Shown here one piece after another: positions 28,474 to 42,467 of a stretch of DNA of 64,000 nucleotides. Source of the DNA: Adineta vaga (Eukaryota; Animalia; Rotifera); assembly GCA_021613535.1 (NCBI GenBank), contig CP075497.1, positions 4,836,001 to 4,900,000 on the forward strand, in the 5' to 3' direction. The position numbers and the translations under genes are program-made. Under the pieces are notes generated by a model. The model saw only the letters and a program-made list of their open reading frames with translations, was not told the origin of the DNA and ran no database searches. Numbering within the stretch: position 1 is the first letter of the stretch; the number at the start of each line of letters is the position of its first letter.

Positions 28474-28998
28474 ATGCCTTATGAACGTTTAGTTCAAGTT
28501 GGCCGTGTGGCATATGTTGCCTATGGTCCTGAAAAAGGTAAAATTTGTTGTATTACAAATATTATTGATCAGACACGTGTTCTTGTCGATGGTCCATCAT
28601 CTCATGTACGTCGTCAAGCATTAAACATCAAATCTTTACATTTAACTAAATATGTGCTCAAACTTTTACCCGGAGCTCGTTCCAAAACAGTCAAAGGACT
28701 TTGGGAAAAACATGATGTTAATAAGAAATGGCAAGAATCACGATGGAATAAAAAATTACAAGCAAAACATTCACGTTCAAAAATGACGGATTTTGATCGT
28801 TATAAATTATTACATGCTAAACAAGCATATAATCGTATTGTTAATCATGAATATAATCGTTTGAAAAAGAAAAACAAAACACAATTAGCAAACAAAACCA
28901 AGAAATCTAAACGACGAACATTTGTTGCTAAATCCAAACGTATTGCAAACAAATTCAAGATCTTTGCTGCACCAGCTGCTGCCGGCAAAAAGAAATAA
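28474..28998 (+). CDS. RPL14: 60S ribosomal protein L14 (eL14)
   Basis: RLVQVGRVAY, IIDQTRVLVDGP, MTDFDRYK. Lys/Ala-rich tail. Confidence 0.97.
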   Translation: MPYERLVQVGRVAYVAYGPEKGKICCITNIIDQTRVLVDGPSSHVRRQALNIKSLHLTKYVLKLLPGARSKTVKGLWEKHDVNKKWQESRWNKKLQAKHSRSKMTDFDRYKLLHAKQAYNRIVNHEYNRLKKKNKTQLANKTKKSKRRTFVAKSKRIANKFKIFAAPAAAGKKK

Positions 28999-29208
28999 AC
29001 AAATAGATTAAAATCCAACGAAACAGCAAGCATCATTTGTTTCCGTTATTTTGTCTTTTTTTGCTTGTATGTTTTTGAGAAAGAAACAAGAAGAAAAATA
29101 AAGCATATAAAAAAAGAAAAATCACAAGTACAAGTTTGTTTTAATATCGTTTTGATTGATTCTAGATCGTATCATTATTGTCTATAAAAGTAAGTGCATC
29201 TCTTGATC

Positions 29209-32200
29209 ATGAGTAACGAATCATGGGATGATACTACGGATGCAACTAATTCTACAGCACAAGTTAGTTCTTTTCACTATCAAAGGAAAAACTTTTTCTC
29301 TATATGAAATTTCTTGTCTATATAGCAATCATCAGCAACGACACTTAAAAGTGGAGTGACTTTAGGTTTTGGACGTGGAAAACCACCACCTAAAACGAAT
29401 GATAATGGTAAGAGATAATTATTTGTTTGTCTTATACACAATTTAGTTGTTTCAGAACCACAATTACCATCAACAACGAAATGGAATAGCAATCAAAACG
29501 ATACATCAACTGGTTTTGGCAGTTTTCGTAGTAGAAATAATGATGAAAATAGTAATCCATCTAGTGGTGGAGGTTTCGGTTCACGAAATGGTGGTAACAA
29601 CAATGACTTCAGTGGTAAAAATTAAAAGCTTGATTATTACAGTTAATAAGTGATAGTTTCTATTCAGGTCGAAATAGATATGAAGAATCTGGATCAGGTG
29701 ATGCAAGCAAGCCTCGTTGTAAGCCTTATTATTTGCCTAAAAAAGACAGTATATATGTGTTTGTTTGTTTTTTTTATTTTAAAGCATGTTATAATTGTCA
29801 GCAAACTGGTCATCTGAGTCGAGACTGTCCTCAGCCACGAAATGAAAATCAAAGTAATAATCGTGGTGGATTTAGTTCAAGTAGTTCGCGTGGTGGATTT
29901 AGTTCAAGTAGTTCGCGTGGTGGATTTAGCTCAGGTGGTTCGCGTGGTGGTTTCAATTCCAGTACTGGTGGTGATCGTAATGTTAATTTGCAATCATCAT
30001 ATGGAGATAGTTCATCAATGAGTGTCACAGTTCGAAATTCTCGAAATCAAAATGATGGCGATCAATATGACGACAATGGTTCAAAATCATCTTTTAATGG
30101 TGGAGGATTTCGAGGTAATAGATTTTTTCATATAATAAAAGAATATGACTTATTTCAATGCAGGTGGACGAGGTGGAGGATTTAATTCTGGCAATCGTGG
30201 TAAGATATATTAAAAAGTCCATTTATTAGCTTTATTGTATTCTGATAGATAATCGTGGTGGTTACAGTAGTGATAATACTAGTAAGTTTTAATTTTTTCA
30301 TGGATAAACAGTTTTAAATCTTACTATTTTATTTCTATTCAGATTGCTTCAATTGGTATAATTATGTGATAAATATGTTTTCCATCTTTTTCGTTTATTT
30401 TTTTTTATTAGTAATAAACCTGGTCATCGATCTCGTGAATGTCCAGAAGAAAGAAAACCGCGTGGTAATATAAATATTTATTTTCTTTGTCTTAAATGTA
30501 TCAAAATATCTTTTAGATAATGGTAGTTCCGGTTTCTTTAGCGGCAATGGTCGTGATGGCGGCGGTGACGGCAATCGCAGAAATGATCGAGTAAGTTGTT
30601 ATTAGTTTGAAGAAAATCATCAAATGCTTGTGAATTTATTCAGGATTCTGATAATATCTTCGATCAACGTAAGTTGATAAACGATATCGAATGATAGCTC
30701 TAATTATTTCTATTAGCGGGTGGTCATACTAGTGCTCATCCTACCGAACGTTATATTCCACCACCTCCACCAACTTCAGAAAATGATATATTTGGTGAAG
30801 CGACTGAACGAGGTAAAAATATTGCTAAATATCATCAAGTACATGTTCAATGCACACCCGAAGGTATATTTTGATTCGTATGAAGATTTCAGTCAATAAT
30901 AAATTATGAATATTTTATTTTGTGTTAGATCGTTTGAAACCTATTGAGTTATATGAGGAGGCTAATTTTAATACACAAATTTTATCCAATATTCGTCGTG
31001 CTAATTTTGCTGAACCAACAGCTATTCAACGTTACACTATACCATGTATACAACAACAAGATGATCTTATGGCTTGCGCTCAAACTGGATCCGGTAAAAC
31101 CGTAAGTGTTAACTATCTTAGTCTTTCTTTCGTGTCATTAATATCATCCACTAAATGAACAATTTTCAAGGCCGCTTTCCTCTTGCCAATTATTTCCAAT
31201 TTACTTGAATTTTATGCGAATGAATTAGCTGAAAAAAATCATCCACCAGCACCACTTTGTCTGATTCTTTCACCAACACGTGAACTTGCTCTACAAACTG
31301 AACGGGAAGCAAGAAAATTTGCATATCAAACTTCTGTGATACCATGTAAGTTAAATATATAAAAATATTTTTGTTGAAATTGTTTATGAATTGAATAGGT
31401 TCTGCTGTCGGTGGTCATGATACGTATGCTGTAAGCGATCGTCTTCGAGAAGGCTGCCATATCTTATCTGCCACTACTGGTCGTCTCAAAGATATGGTTG
31501 AAAAAGGCCGAGTAAGTCGCTTGTTAAATATTATTTCTAGACATTAAAAATTTCTTTTTATTCAGATTTCATTGAAGAAAGTCAAATATTTCGTTCTTGA
31601 CGAAGCTGATCGGTACGGAAAAAAGAATCCTGTTTCATGCTATTAAGTTAAAGTTAACATTTTCTTTCTTTTTCTATTTTAAAGAATGTTAGATACTGGA
31701 TTTGAACCAGATATTCGGCGATTAGAAGAACTTGGTATTCCATCAAAAGACGAACGATGTACATCAATGTTTTCAGCTACATTTCCAGCAGAAGTTCAAA
31801 GATTGGCCAAAGCTTTTCTACGTGATAATTATTTGTTTCTTGTCGTCGGTACTATGGGTGGTGCTAATGAAGATATAGCACAAACAATTCAAGAAGTTCC
31901 ACAAGCGAATAAAAAGGAACGTCTCTTTCAATTGCTTGAAGAAAATCTAAGTATAAATAAAAAAGAATGCATTAACAAATTTCATTCTATTTTCATCTCG
32001 TAGAGGGTGAACGTTGTTTAATCTTTGTTGAAACGAAACGTTCAGCAGATTATATTGGTACATTACTTTCACAAAAAAATTTTATGAGCACAACAATGCA
32101 TGGAGACCGAACACAAAGACAACGATATGAAGCTGTACAACAGTTTTCCAATGGAAAATGTCCAATCTTAGTTGCAACATCAGTTGCAGCACGTGGTTTA

Positions 32201-32764
32201 GATTTTCCACTAATTGGATATGTTATTAATTACGATCTACCTGATTCAAGTGATTTCTATATACATCGAATTGGTCGAACAGGTTGAATTTCATCAAACA
32301 ACAGTTATATGATTAACTTACTGAAAATGTGCTTTGTTTTCATTTTCTTAAGGTCGGGCAGGTCATTTAGGTAAATCAATATCATTCTTCGATCCTGAAC
32401 GAGAATCTGATCGTAGAATTGCTCCTGATCTTGTAACTAAACTAACCGAGGTAAGAATCATTATTTTGTAATAATACAATAGATTCTTACGCTTGTGTTT
32501 TTTTTTTCATAATAGGCTGGACAAGACGTACCAGAATTTCTACAAAAAATAGTTAGTGGTGGTTCGGGTACTGAATTTTCGCGTGGTGCTTTCGGTGGAC
32601 GCAATAATGATGTGAGTTCGACAATTTTTTTTATTTCAGTTCTTTAACTTCTTATTTAGATGCGATCCGGTAAAGGTGGTTTTGGTAGCCGAAATCAAAC
32701 TGGTGGTTTCAGTGGTGGAACAGCTTCGTCTGGTGGGGCTCGAGAAGAAGAAGAATGGAAATAA
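29209..32764 (+). CDS. vas: Vasa/DDX4 DEAD-box RNA helicase with RGG repeats and two CCHC zinc knuckles, many exons
   Basis: MSNESWDD start, [14 protein letters not shown] and [14 protein letters not shown] knuckles, [40 protein letters not shown], acidic-Trp C-terminus EEEEWK*. Confidence 0.92.
29862..29954 (+). repeat. 27-nt coding tandem repeat x3.4 (RGGFSSSSS)
   Basis: cgtggtggatttagttcaagtagttcg repeated. The first two copies are identical. Confidence 0.9.
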
Positions 32765-33784
32765 CAAAAATTATCTTTTTATATAAATTTTACCCAACAA
32801 TATTGTGATTTGATTATTCCGAACATTTAGATCAAACAAGAAATAACAGACGATCTTTTCTTTCATGATTTGTTTGAAAAGAGTAGTTTCTATATTTGTT
32901 TGTACATTTGTCTTTTTTTCTTTTTCTTTCACCTACTCATCAATCCAGTTACGGTTCTATTGATATATGTGCGTTCTCCATCGTCAAGAAGAAAACACCT
33001 TTAGATATTCTTGTTTTTTGTTGCTTTATTCTTGATTTCTCTTTTCGATGTTTTAAAAAAAATTATGTATAAAAAAAACAAGAATCTCAATGATAACCAT
33101 GATTATGATTCATTTCAACGTTGAAAACATGTTTAAACACAGATGTCAAACCAAATACTTGTAACGATTCTTCACTTTCTTCTTCTTCTTTTTTGTTAAT
33201 CATTAATATAAGTGTCTTTATGGCACACTATCTCCAAAACATCGATCTCTAATTGAAAACTTTCTATGCTTTTTCTTCAAAATCAAATATGCACAGAAAC
33301 TATAAATAAAATAAGCGAAAACTTTAGAAATCTTAGTAAGAATAACTCTATATGTCTTCTCTAGTGATGAACGTATTTTATAAGGGAACTTGTTGATTCT
33401 TTCCCATATTCTTCATATGATATTTCGTTTTTTACCCTTAGTAAATAACCTTTACATCGGAATACTGTAAGAACCTAGTAATACATATCGTGTGACTATC
33501 GATTAATTACATTGTTATTTTAAACAAAAAAGTTTGATTACACTGTTAAAGAGTTTGACTCTTCCATACATATGTGTTGATTGTTTTACGTAAATGAATA
33601 CGTCAATTATCAATTAATGTTTCTCATTCTCTATACGAATGCGTGAAATAATCACATTTCTCATCGGACGTTAATTTGATTGGTAAACAGAGAAGAGAAC
33701 AGAGGATATAATATATATATATTTATTCGTCTCAGAAGAAAAGAATAAGTATAATCATTGATTTATTGTTTGAAACTCATCAAA

Positions 33785-34556
33785 ATGATGTCATCTTCAT
33801 TCGATGGAAATTGTTCATCTTATTGGTCGTATTCACCATATCCTTATTGTAATAGTTACGACACTTCATCATCAAATTCATCATATTTCGAATCACCTGT
33901 ATCTTCATCATCGCCACGCATGATTATGTTTCCAGTTTATGATCAACCACAACATCCACAACCTTGTTACTATTATTCAGATCCAACTGTTTCTTATCAG
34001 CAATATACACCACCATCACCGCCCATTGTTCCACAATCTCAGGTGAGAAAATCTTGTGGAAAACTAATTCAAGACCTTTTGCATATATATTTTTTTAGAA
34101 TGTGTATGTTCCATCAACCTCACCACCGATTTCTCGTGCATCAACCAATCTTCCTAATCGATTACAATATACACTTCGTCAACGATGGTTACTCAATGAA
34201 ATATTTGAATATGTACCTTATCCAAACAGTATTCAGAAGAATGTGATCGCTGATCGTATAGGAGCTTCACGTGAACAAATTCGTTAGTTTCTATTTTTGT
34301 TTCATGTTAAAAATTCTTAAACAAAATTTACTTTTCTCATCTAGGTATTTGGTTTCAAAATCGTCGACGAATTGCTGTACAAGGTCATCGTTCGTCTTCT
34401 CGTCGTAGTAATCCATTACCAATCGATAACAGTACAACAATTCAAATGGAATTAGACAATATTTTAAAAGATCTCGATCTTCATAAAAATGCACCACAAC
34501 GAATGCCAATAGGTCAAGGAAATTCATCTCGACGTGTTCGCTCTGTAAAGAAATAA
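33785..34556 (+). CDS. Divergent Q50 homeobox gene (PRD-like), 3 exons
   Basis: Spliced homeodomain NLPNRLQYTLRQRWLLNEIFEYVPYPNSIQKNVIADRIGASREQIRIWFQNRRR. Ser/Tyr/Pro-rich N-terminus. Confidence 0.88.
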
Positions 34557-35112
34557 TTTTTTCTCTTTATCTTTTTTCTTTTTTCAATAAAAATATCTAA
34601 TAGCAATTATGTCAATAATAATTCTTTATCCCCTGTGAACTTGAATCAACATTTCCACCTTTTCATATTTTTTTTTGTGATATATTAATATATATCATTG
34701 TTCTTTGAACGTGCTTGTTTCTCTAAATATTTTCTTCTCTTCCGGTTGATTTATCAATAAAACGATCAACAAAGATCTAAACATGCACACGCACACCGAC
34801 ACATAAGACAAGACCTAGAAATAGTTCTTCGAACGGAAAAGAAAAAAGGCGAGAAGGAGAAGAATGTAGTAAGACCTTCATCGACTCGTTTTGAGCATTT
34901 ACAGACAGTCAACGGTAGTGATTAACATCTTTACTAGCTGCTTTTGTTTTATGTTTCTTACCTTCACTTGTCTGACAGATGAAATGAGTCGAGAAAACGA
35001 TAAATAGAAGGAAAAAAAAGTAGAAGTATTATACAGAGATTTTGAGGGGTGATAAGAGCGAGATTAAATAGAAGAGATTTTTCAAAATATAATTCATATT
35101 ATTGTAGAGCGC

Positions 35113-38100
35113 ATGACAGGACGAACAACAATTGACTATGACAAGGTAATAGAACAAATTATTGTGTGTTTTCAATAGTTCGAAAGATCTGTTTTTAGTT
35201 GCCAAATGCATCTTCGAATTTCACATTATTGGAAAAATTAGGTGAAGGTACTTATGGACAAGTTTATCGAGCGAAATTCGTCGATTCATCGGAATGTGTT
35301 GCGGCGAAAATTATTCGTGTACAAAATGATGATGTGTCGGAGGAATTTGAAAATGAATTACATATTTTAAAGACAACTTCCAAACAAGCAGAGAATTTAC
35401 CTGATTTTTTTGGTATTTTTGGAAATTCGGATGCATTCCATGCACGACATATATGGTTCGTCATGGAACTATGTAGTCTAGGTCCTATATCACCTTTATT
35501 CAAAGAGATTGAAAAAGAAAATCAATTAAAAAACTCCGAAAAGGAGAAATTGATTGCTTATGCATTGAAAAGTACGCTTCAAGCATTGAATTATCTTCAT
35601 GAATCGGGCATTATGCATCGTGGTAAGTGATCTTAGTTTATTTCTCAAAAAACATCCATATGGAAATCATTTTTCTTCAAAGATGTGAAAGGTAGTCATA
35701 TCTTAGTAACAGCAGATTATATTATCAAATTAATTGATTTTGGTGTCGCTGGATTATTCACTCGTGAACAACCGAAACGTAATTCAAGTGTTGGTACATC
35801 ATTATGGATGGCACCTGTAAGAGAAGATACATATTTTTACATTTGTAAATGTTGTTTCGTCTCATTCGAAATATTTAGGAAGTGATTGCATGTGCTCATC
35901 AATTTGATTATGAATTTGATGAAAGATGTGACATCTGGTCTCTTGGAATAACAGCAATTGAATTAGGTGATGGAGAAGCACCGTTAGCTAATCTTCATCC
36001 AACGAAAGTTCTACTTGAAATTCCACGTCGTCCACCGCCAACATTAAAAGATGTAACGCAATGGTCAGAAAACTACTCGAAATTCATTGCTGCCTGTTTG
36101 ATAAAAGATTATGAATGTCGCCCAACTACAAAACAAATACTAACCGGGCAAAACTATGTTAACTTTGATAATGAAACAACAAAGCTATATCGGGATTTGT
36201 TCCGATCTTATCATCAGAAAACATTGACTTTAGCAACAATGAAGCAATCTGTCGAACGTGAATCGTCAACAGTTATCAATGATGATAATGATATTATGAA
36301 TAAAAATCCTTGGATTGCAAATATTAGTAAATCAGCACATTTAATCGATCGTGAAAATAATCTAGCAGATTTAGATAATCTTACTCAACAACGTTTAATT
36401 GAATCAATTCGAAGACGTTTTAATCAATCATTAATTTATACATATATCGGTGATGTTCTATTAGCAATTAATCCTAAACAATATTTACCAATTGATAATC
36501 TAAATTTTCAGTTAAAATATTTAAAAGTTCGAAAAGATTTATTACCACATATTTTTGCAATTGCCACGAAAGTTTATAATCAAATGATGATCAATCATCA
36601 ACGACAATGTATTATTCTTTCCGGAGAATCTGGATCAGGTAAAACTCATGCTGCACAAAATCTCATTAGTGAATTAGCTCTACTTGGTTTTGGTGAACAA
36701 CGTGCCTTAGAAAATCGTCTTGTAACAATGAATTTATTATTAGAATCTTTTGGAAATGCTCAAACTGCATTAAATAATAATTCTTCACGTTTTGGTAAAC
36801 TTCTTGATATATTTTTTTCTGAATATGGAACAATTGTTTATGTAAAACTTTCGGAATTTCTTTTGGAAAAAACTCGCGTGGTATTAGCCAATGGAAATAC
36901 GAGAAATTTTCATATATTTTATTCAATTTATTCTCATTTTTCTCAAGATCACTCGAAACCTTGTGAATTAATCGATCAAGAATCATTCGAATTACTTGCG
37001 CAAAATAAACATTATACATATCTTGGAAAGAATTGTGATGAAACGATTTCATCCTTATCATTATATGATCTGTTTCAAATATTAAAAGAATTAAATATTA
37101 CAGATGATGAACAATCATCAATTTTAGCTATTTTAACAGCAATTATTCATCTTGGTAATGTTATATTTAAACCAGATACAGAAATCAATGAACCTGGTTG
37201 TTCAATTGAAGTAAACTCTCTTCCACATTTCAATGCCGTTTATCATCTATTAAAAATTGATAATGAACAATTCATTCAATCTTTATGTCAATCAAGTTTT
37301 ATGACACGCGGTGAAACAGTAACAAAATTGAATACTATCGCCGAAGCACAGCAAACACGTGATGCCATGGCTAAATCACTTTATTCACGTTTATTTGATT
37401 GGATTATATTTGCATTAAATCGTTATTTTCGTACTGAACTTGAATATAAACCAAAACCCGTCATTGATATTCGTAAACGGCCAGATAAAAATGCGTTTAC
37501 GAATGGATTTTCTATTCGACCAAAAACAAGTGATGATTTAAATAGAATAAAACGAGAAGATGATGATGATACTGATGGCAATTTATGTTCAATATCTATA
37601 CTTGATTTATTTGGTTTTGAAACATTTGATTATAATTCATATGAACAATTATGTATTAATATTGCGAATGAACAATTACAATATTTCTTTCGACAACATA
37701 CATTTGCCTGGGAAATGAAAGAATATGAAAATGAAGGAATTGTAACTAAAAGTAAGTAATGACGAATAGATTTGTTTTTCGCAAGAAAACTTTGCTTATG
37801 ATTTTCTATTTAGCTAATTCAAATAATTTCGATTTTCCAAATAATCGTGCAATTCTTGATATGTGTTTATCCAAACCCATTGGTTTATTAGCATTACTCG
37901 ATGAAGAATCTCGTTTTCCTCAATCAACAGAATTTACTCTTATTGACAAATGGTGTGAAAATTTAAATTCACCTTATTTCATAGCAAATACACCATCATC
38001 TTCTTTATCACGTAAATCATTAAAAAGTGCGAAGAAATTTTCCTTAGATCGACAACCATTATTTACTATTCGTCACTATGCTGGTAGTATTGAATATACA

Positions 38101-39987
38101 GCAAAAGATTTTCTTGAAAAAAACCGTGATTATGTTCCCATGGAAATTATTGATTTACTTTTACAAAGTGATGATCATCTTGTTAATTTACTTTTTCGTA
38201 GTCGTCTTCGCAAGACTGGTAGTGTTATGTATAATGAACAGGAAAAACAAGAAAAAACATCATCACTTTTTCGATCAATATCATCACAGAAAACGGCAAC
38301 AGCAAATCGAACACAAGGAACAGTTTCAACTTATTTTCGTTATTCATTAATGGAATTAGTGAGTACGATGGCATCATCTCAACCAACTTTTATTCGATGT
38401 CTTGTACCAAATCGTTTGTCATGTCAAGTTTCATCTACGACATATGATCATACGAATTATTTTCCACAGAATTTTTCATTTAATTCTAGTCATTTTGATG
38501 AAACAGTTGTTCTTGAACAAATTCGATATAGTGGTTTACTTGAAACAATTGAAATTCGTCGACATGGATATTCACATCGAATACTCTTCGATGATTTCAT
38601 ATCTGTTTATCTATGTTTAATTGAATTTAATCCTCAATCAATTCAAGATAAAGATCCGATAGAAATATGTGAATCAATATTAAAAAAATATCATTTTCAT
38701 GATTATGCAATTGGAAAAACGAAATTATTTCTCAAATTTCATCATATTGAACAATTGAATATTACACATAAAACTTTAATTACAAAACTTATTCGTTTAC
38801 AATCACGTATACGTATGTATCTAATTCAAAAGCAAAATCGAAAATTAAAAGCAAATATTGTCAAATCAGATTATGAATTATCTCTTGCACGTCTTCAAGC
38901 TATGGTACGCGGTTTTCTTGTTCGACATACTATGAAAAAAACCACTCTAGCAACCGTAAAAATTCAAGCTTATTGGAGAATGTGGTATGAACGAACTCGA
39001 TTTAAACGTCGTTTACTTCATTATCGAAATCAACAAATACAAATTTCTTATTTTCTTAAACAAATTGAATTATTTGGTAGTCATTTATATCAACAGTTAA
39101 TTAATTTAGAAAAGAAATCTATTATCCCAAAGAAAGAAGAGAAACAAATAGAGCAGCAAACAACTATATCAAAGAAAAATTTACAATCGATAATACAAAA
39201 TACATTGAAACCAAATGGAAAACGTAAAGTCGGCATTCTATGTGAATATTATGATGCGATTTATAAAGAATTCCTTCGTAAAACGAAGAAAAATATTGTA
39301 CATGAAAATAAGAAGGAAATGGAAGAGAAGACAATTTTACGACGACCATCAACTGCTCCATCTGCAACAAACATACCACAAGCACCACCTTGTCCTCCAC
39401 CAGAATTTTTTAAAAAAACTAGTACTGAACTTCATATTTATAAACGACAAAAATCAGCGCCAGCAACTGTTACAACACCAATTGAAGAATTAAAACAAAT
39501 TTTTGCGACAAAAAAGTAAGACGTCTGCAATTGGTAAACTCTACCTATAATATCTTTACTGTATTTTAATAGACCGAAACCTTCGAATCCGGTATTTTCA
39601 ATCATTGCATTTCGACCTGTATCTCCACCACCTAACATTCTAACAATAGCCGATAATTCATCGTCATCAACTCATCTTGCCGTCAATCGTACTAATCATA
39701 ATGTACGACAAGATGATGATGTACCCCGACGTCGTCTATCTTCAACATCGAGTATAATCAAGAGCAAAACAACTGGTCTATTAACCTGTAGTACATCAAG
39801 TCTTGTTGGTGATATGGTTCTTACATCTGATGATATCATAAAATTAAAGGATAATCTTCGTAATACTGGTTTTGCTGATCGAAATCGAACTTTACGACGC
39901 AAACTACGAAGCGAAACTGTTCAAATTGATTTCCGTGGTGTACTTCGTCCATCAAAAACGAATATAGCGGCAACTACTAATAAATAA
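35113..39987 (+). CDS. MYO3: Class III myosin (kinase-myosin fusion, MYO3/NinaC-like), 6 exons
   Basis: STE20-type kinase (GEGTYG, AAK, HRD, DFG, WMAPE), motor (GESGSGKT, NSSRFGK, DLFGFE), 3 IQ-like motifs, tail DFRGVL. Confidence 0.95.
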
Positions 39988-40477
39988 GCAAAAGAAAAGA
40001 AAAATTGTCCCTCCTACGCAAATCTCCTTGGAATTATTTATGCTTCTTTTTGTTTGACATTTCTCTAAATATTACTGATTGTTTGTATCCCCTCTAGACA
40101 GAAATCAATCATTTCAATGATTATCTCTTAAATAATATCACTGCATGACACATTTCTACGATTTCTTATCGTTTGTTATCAGTCAATAAAGAAGAAAAAG
40201 AAGATGAATAAATAACATTCTAATAATTTAGATTGAATTCAAAGTAACTGCAATCCGATTGAATTGATTGTGGTAATGAAAAGATCTTTATGACTATCTG
40301 TTCTATAAATAAGTATTTGTTTGTATTAACAGAAAAAGAAAAGAGAAATCATTATCAGGTGAAAGATAAGGATAACTGTAAATCGAACACAGCTGGACAT
40401 GACCTCTGATGACAAAAAAGCTTATTCTTTGATAAGGTTATTTGAAAGTTGATTTACATAGAACGACGTTACCATAC

Positions 40478-40484
<7 letters not shown>

Positions 40485-40512
<28 letters not shown>
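40485..40512. repeat. (TA)n microsatellite
   Basis: About 14 perfect TA units. Confidence 0.9.
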
Positions 40513-40515
<3 letters not shown>

Positions 40516-41424
40516 AAGCACAAATTATATTAAAAGAAAGATATAATATAAAGAAAAAGTTCTCATTATTTTTTCTTTTACAGTGTAATTAACTTAAAAA
40601 TGTTCGACAATTATTTTCTTAAGAGTATTTAATTATCGTTTTTTCCTCTTCTTTAACATGTAATATTATTGACGAAAATAAGTTTTTTTCTTTTTGTAGA
40701 TAGAGACCAGGCGTAAAGAAGATCAAAAAGAGAAATAATTCTTCATCTTTCTATTAATATAAATGAAGATTTGAACTTTAACAGATGACACTTCAGAATT
40801 CCTCTCATTAAATGATACATCAAATCTATTATTCGATTGAGTACTAAAGTCAATAATATCATGCCTTTGTTATAGTGAATATATCGTTTCTTTTCAACGA
40901 CAATCATGTTTGTCTATCATCATCATCATAGTCGTCGCCTAGTTGATCGATTCCATATCCCATGATTCTAGAAATTAGCTAGTTTGTTTTATAATATCAT
41001 TGGTACTAGTCTATCTCTAACGTATTTATGTGTTCTGTTCTATTTGTCGAGAACTACAGAGTAGACACAACAATCTACTGTTTTTTTTCTTTCATTCTGC
41101 GCTTATCTATCTGTTCTTTCCTATCGACGTCTATGACATCATTTTCGCATTCCTTTTCTCTCATAGCATTTCTTACGGGAAAACATTGCTGCTAACAGAA
41201 AAATGTTTGCATGTAACTAAACGCACTGGAAGTTACTATCATTTTTTTCTTCTCTTTCTCTCCATATATTCCTCCTCGTCTTTTCTTTTCTTTTCTTTTT
41301 ATTCTTACGCTCGACATTCGTCGTCTTTATGGAAAAAAACTAACGTTCAAAAAAAAGAACAACATTCTAGATTGTTGACGATCAACTATAAACAAAATCA
41401 TAGTAACAAATAAATTTTTTAAAA

Positions 41425-42305
41425 ATGGTCATTTTTATGCCTTATTATCGTCAACATGGACAACTATTACATTCTCATCCACGCAGTCGTCCATCAGCAT
41501 TATCCAACGGACAAAATCATACGACAACAGCACACGCTCTTGTGCATATGAGTACTTGTAAATTTGCATCGAATATTCTCTGTCGTTTTATATTTTCGTT
41601 TTTCCTATTTGCTATTTCATTTGCTTTATTTCAATTGTCGATAAATAATGTGTCAAGCAAGAAAGAAGGCTCAAATGTAATTGCTGCTATTCTATTAACT
41701 GTTGCTATTGTTTCATTTTTACGTACATGCCAAACACTACGACGTTATCTAACCATCATGCAAACAAGACGTCGACTTATCCAGGTAATACAAAAACAAA
41801 ACATGAAATAGTTCTCTGTTTCATTGAAAACACGCACTTTATTCTTTAGAGATTACGTGAACGACAACAAGCATATGATTTAACATTAGCGGCTAATTCT
41901 GATCCGAATTCAACGTATGTATATCAATATCTTATTTTCTAAATTACAAAATGTATACCTTTACTTTTTAGTCTTATCATGGGTGATAACACTGATTTAC
42001 CATTGTATAAAGAACTTTTCCCTTCTCATCCGGATATTAGTACCACTGGTAATGACCCATCATCAACATTACCACCTCCATCTTATGACGATTTTGTAAA
42101 AACATTGGATGTTCGTCCACCTCTTACAACGCTTCCACTGACATCATCACGTCCTCATTCATTATCATTGCCCACGAGCAGTTTATCAACAACAACAACA
42201 ACAACAACAACTCAATCTGAAACAAGTCCAACGCAATGTATATGGATAACGGATCAACAAGCACGTGGAACTGTTTGTATTCGTGGTAATATTACATATG
42301 TATAA
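41425..42305 (+). CDS. Two-TM protein with cytoplasmic LPxY and PPxY motifs, 3 exons
   Basis: Exons about 41425-41783, 41850-41913 and 41971-42305 splice in frame. Two hydrophobic segments, LPLY and PPPSY. Confidence 0.75.
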
Positions 42306-42467
42306 AAATGAATACTTCTTTTTTGTAATAAAGTTGAATAAATGTGTTTATTTTCGAAAATATTGAAAAGACTTTGCACGAACAAAAGGAAAGAAAAAGA
42401 AAAGATAAGAAAAATATTTTATTATTTATATCTCATTGAATGAATATATGCTTTTTTTATATTGTAT

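Noticed and set aside
36666-39902. Antisense and alternate-frame ORFs over myosin III (similarly over KAT6 and PDPR)
   Set aside because: Shadows of real coding sequence.
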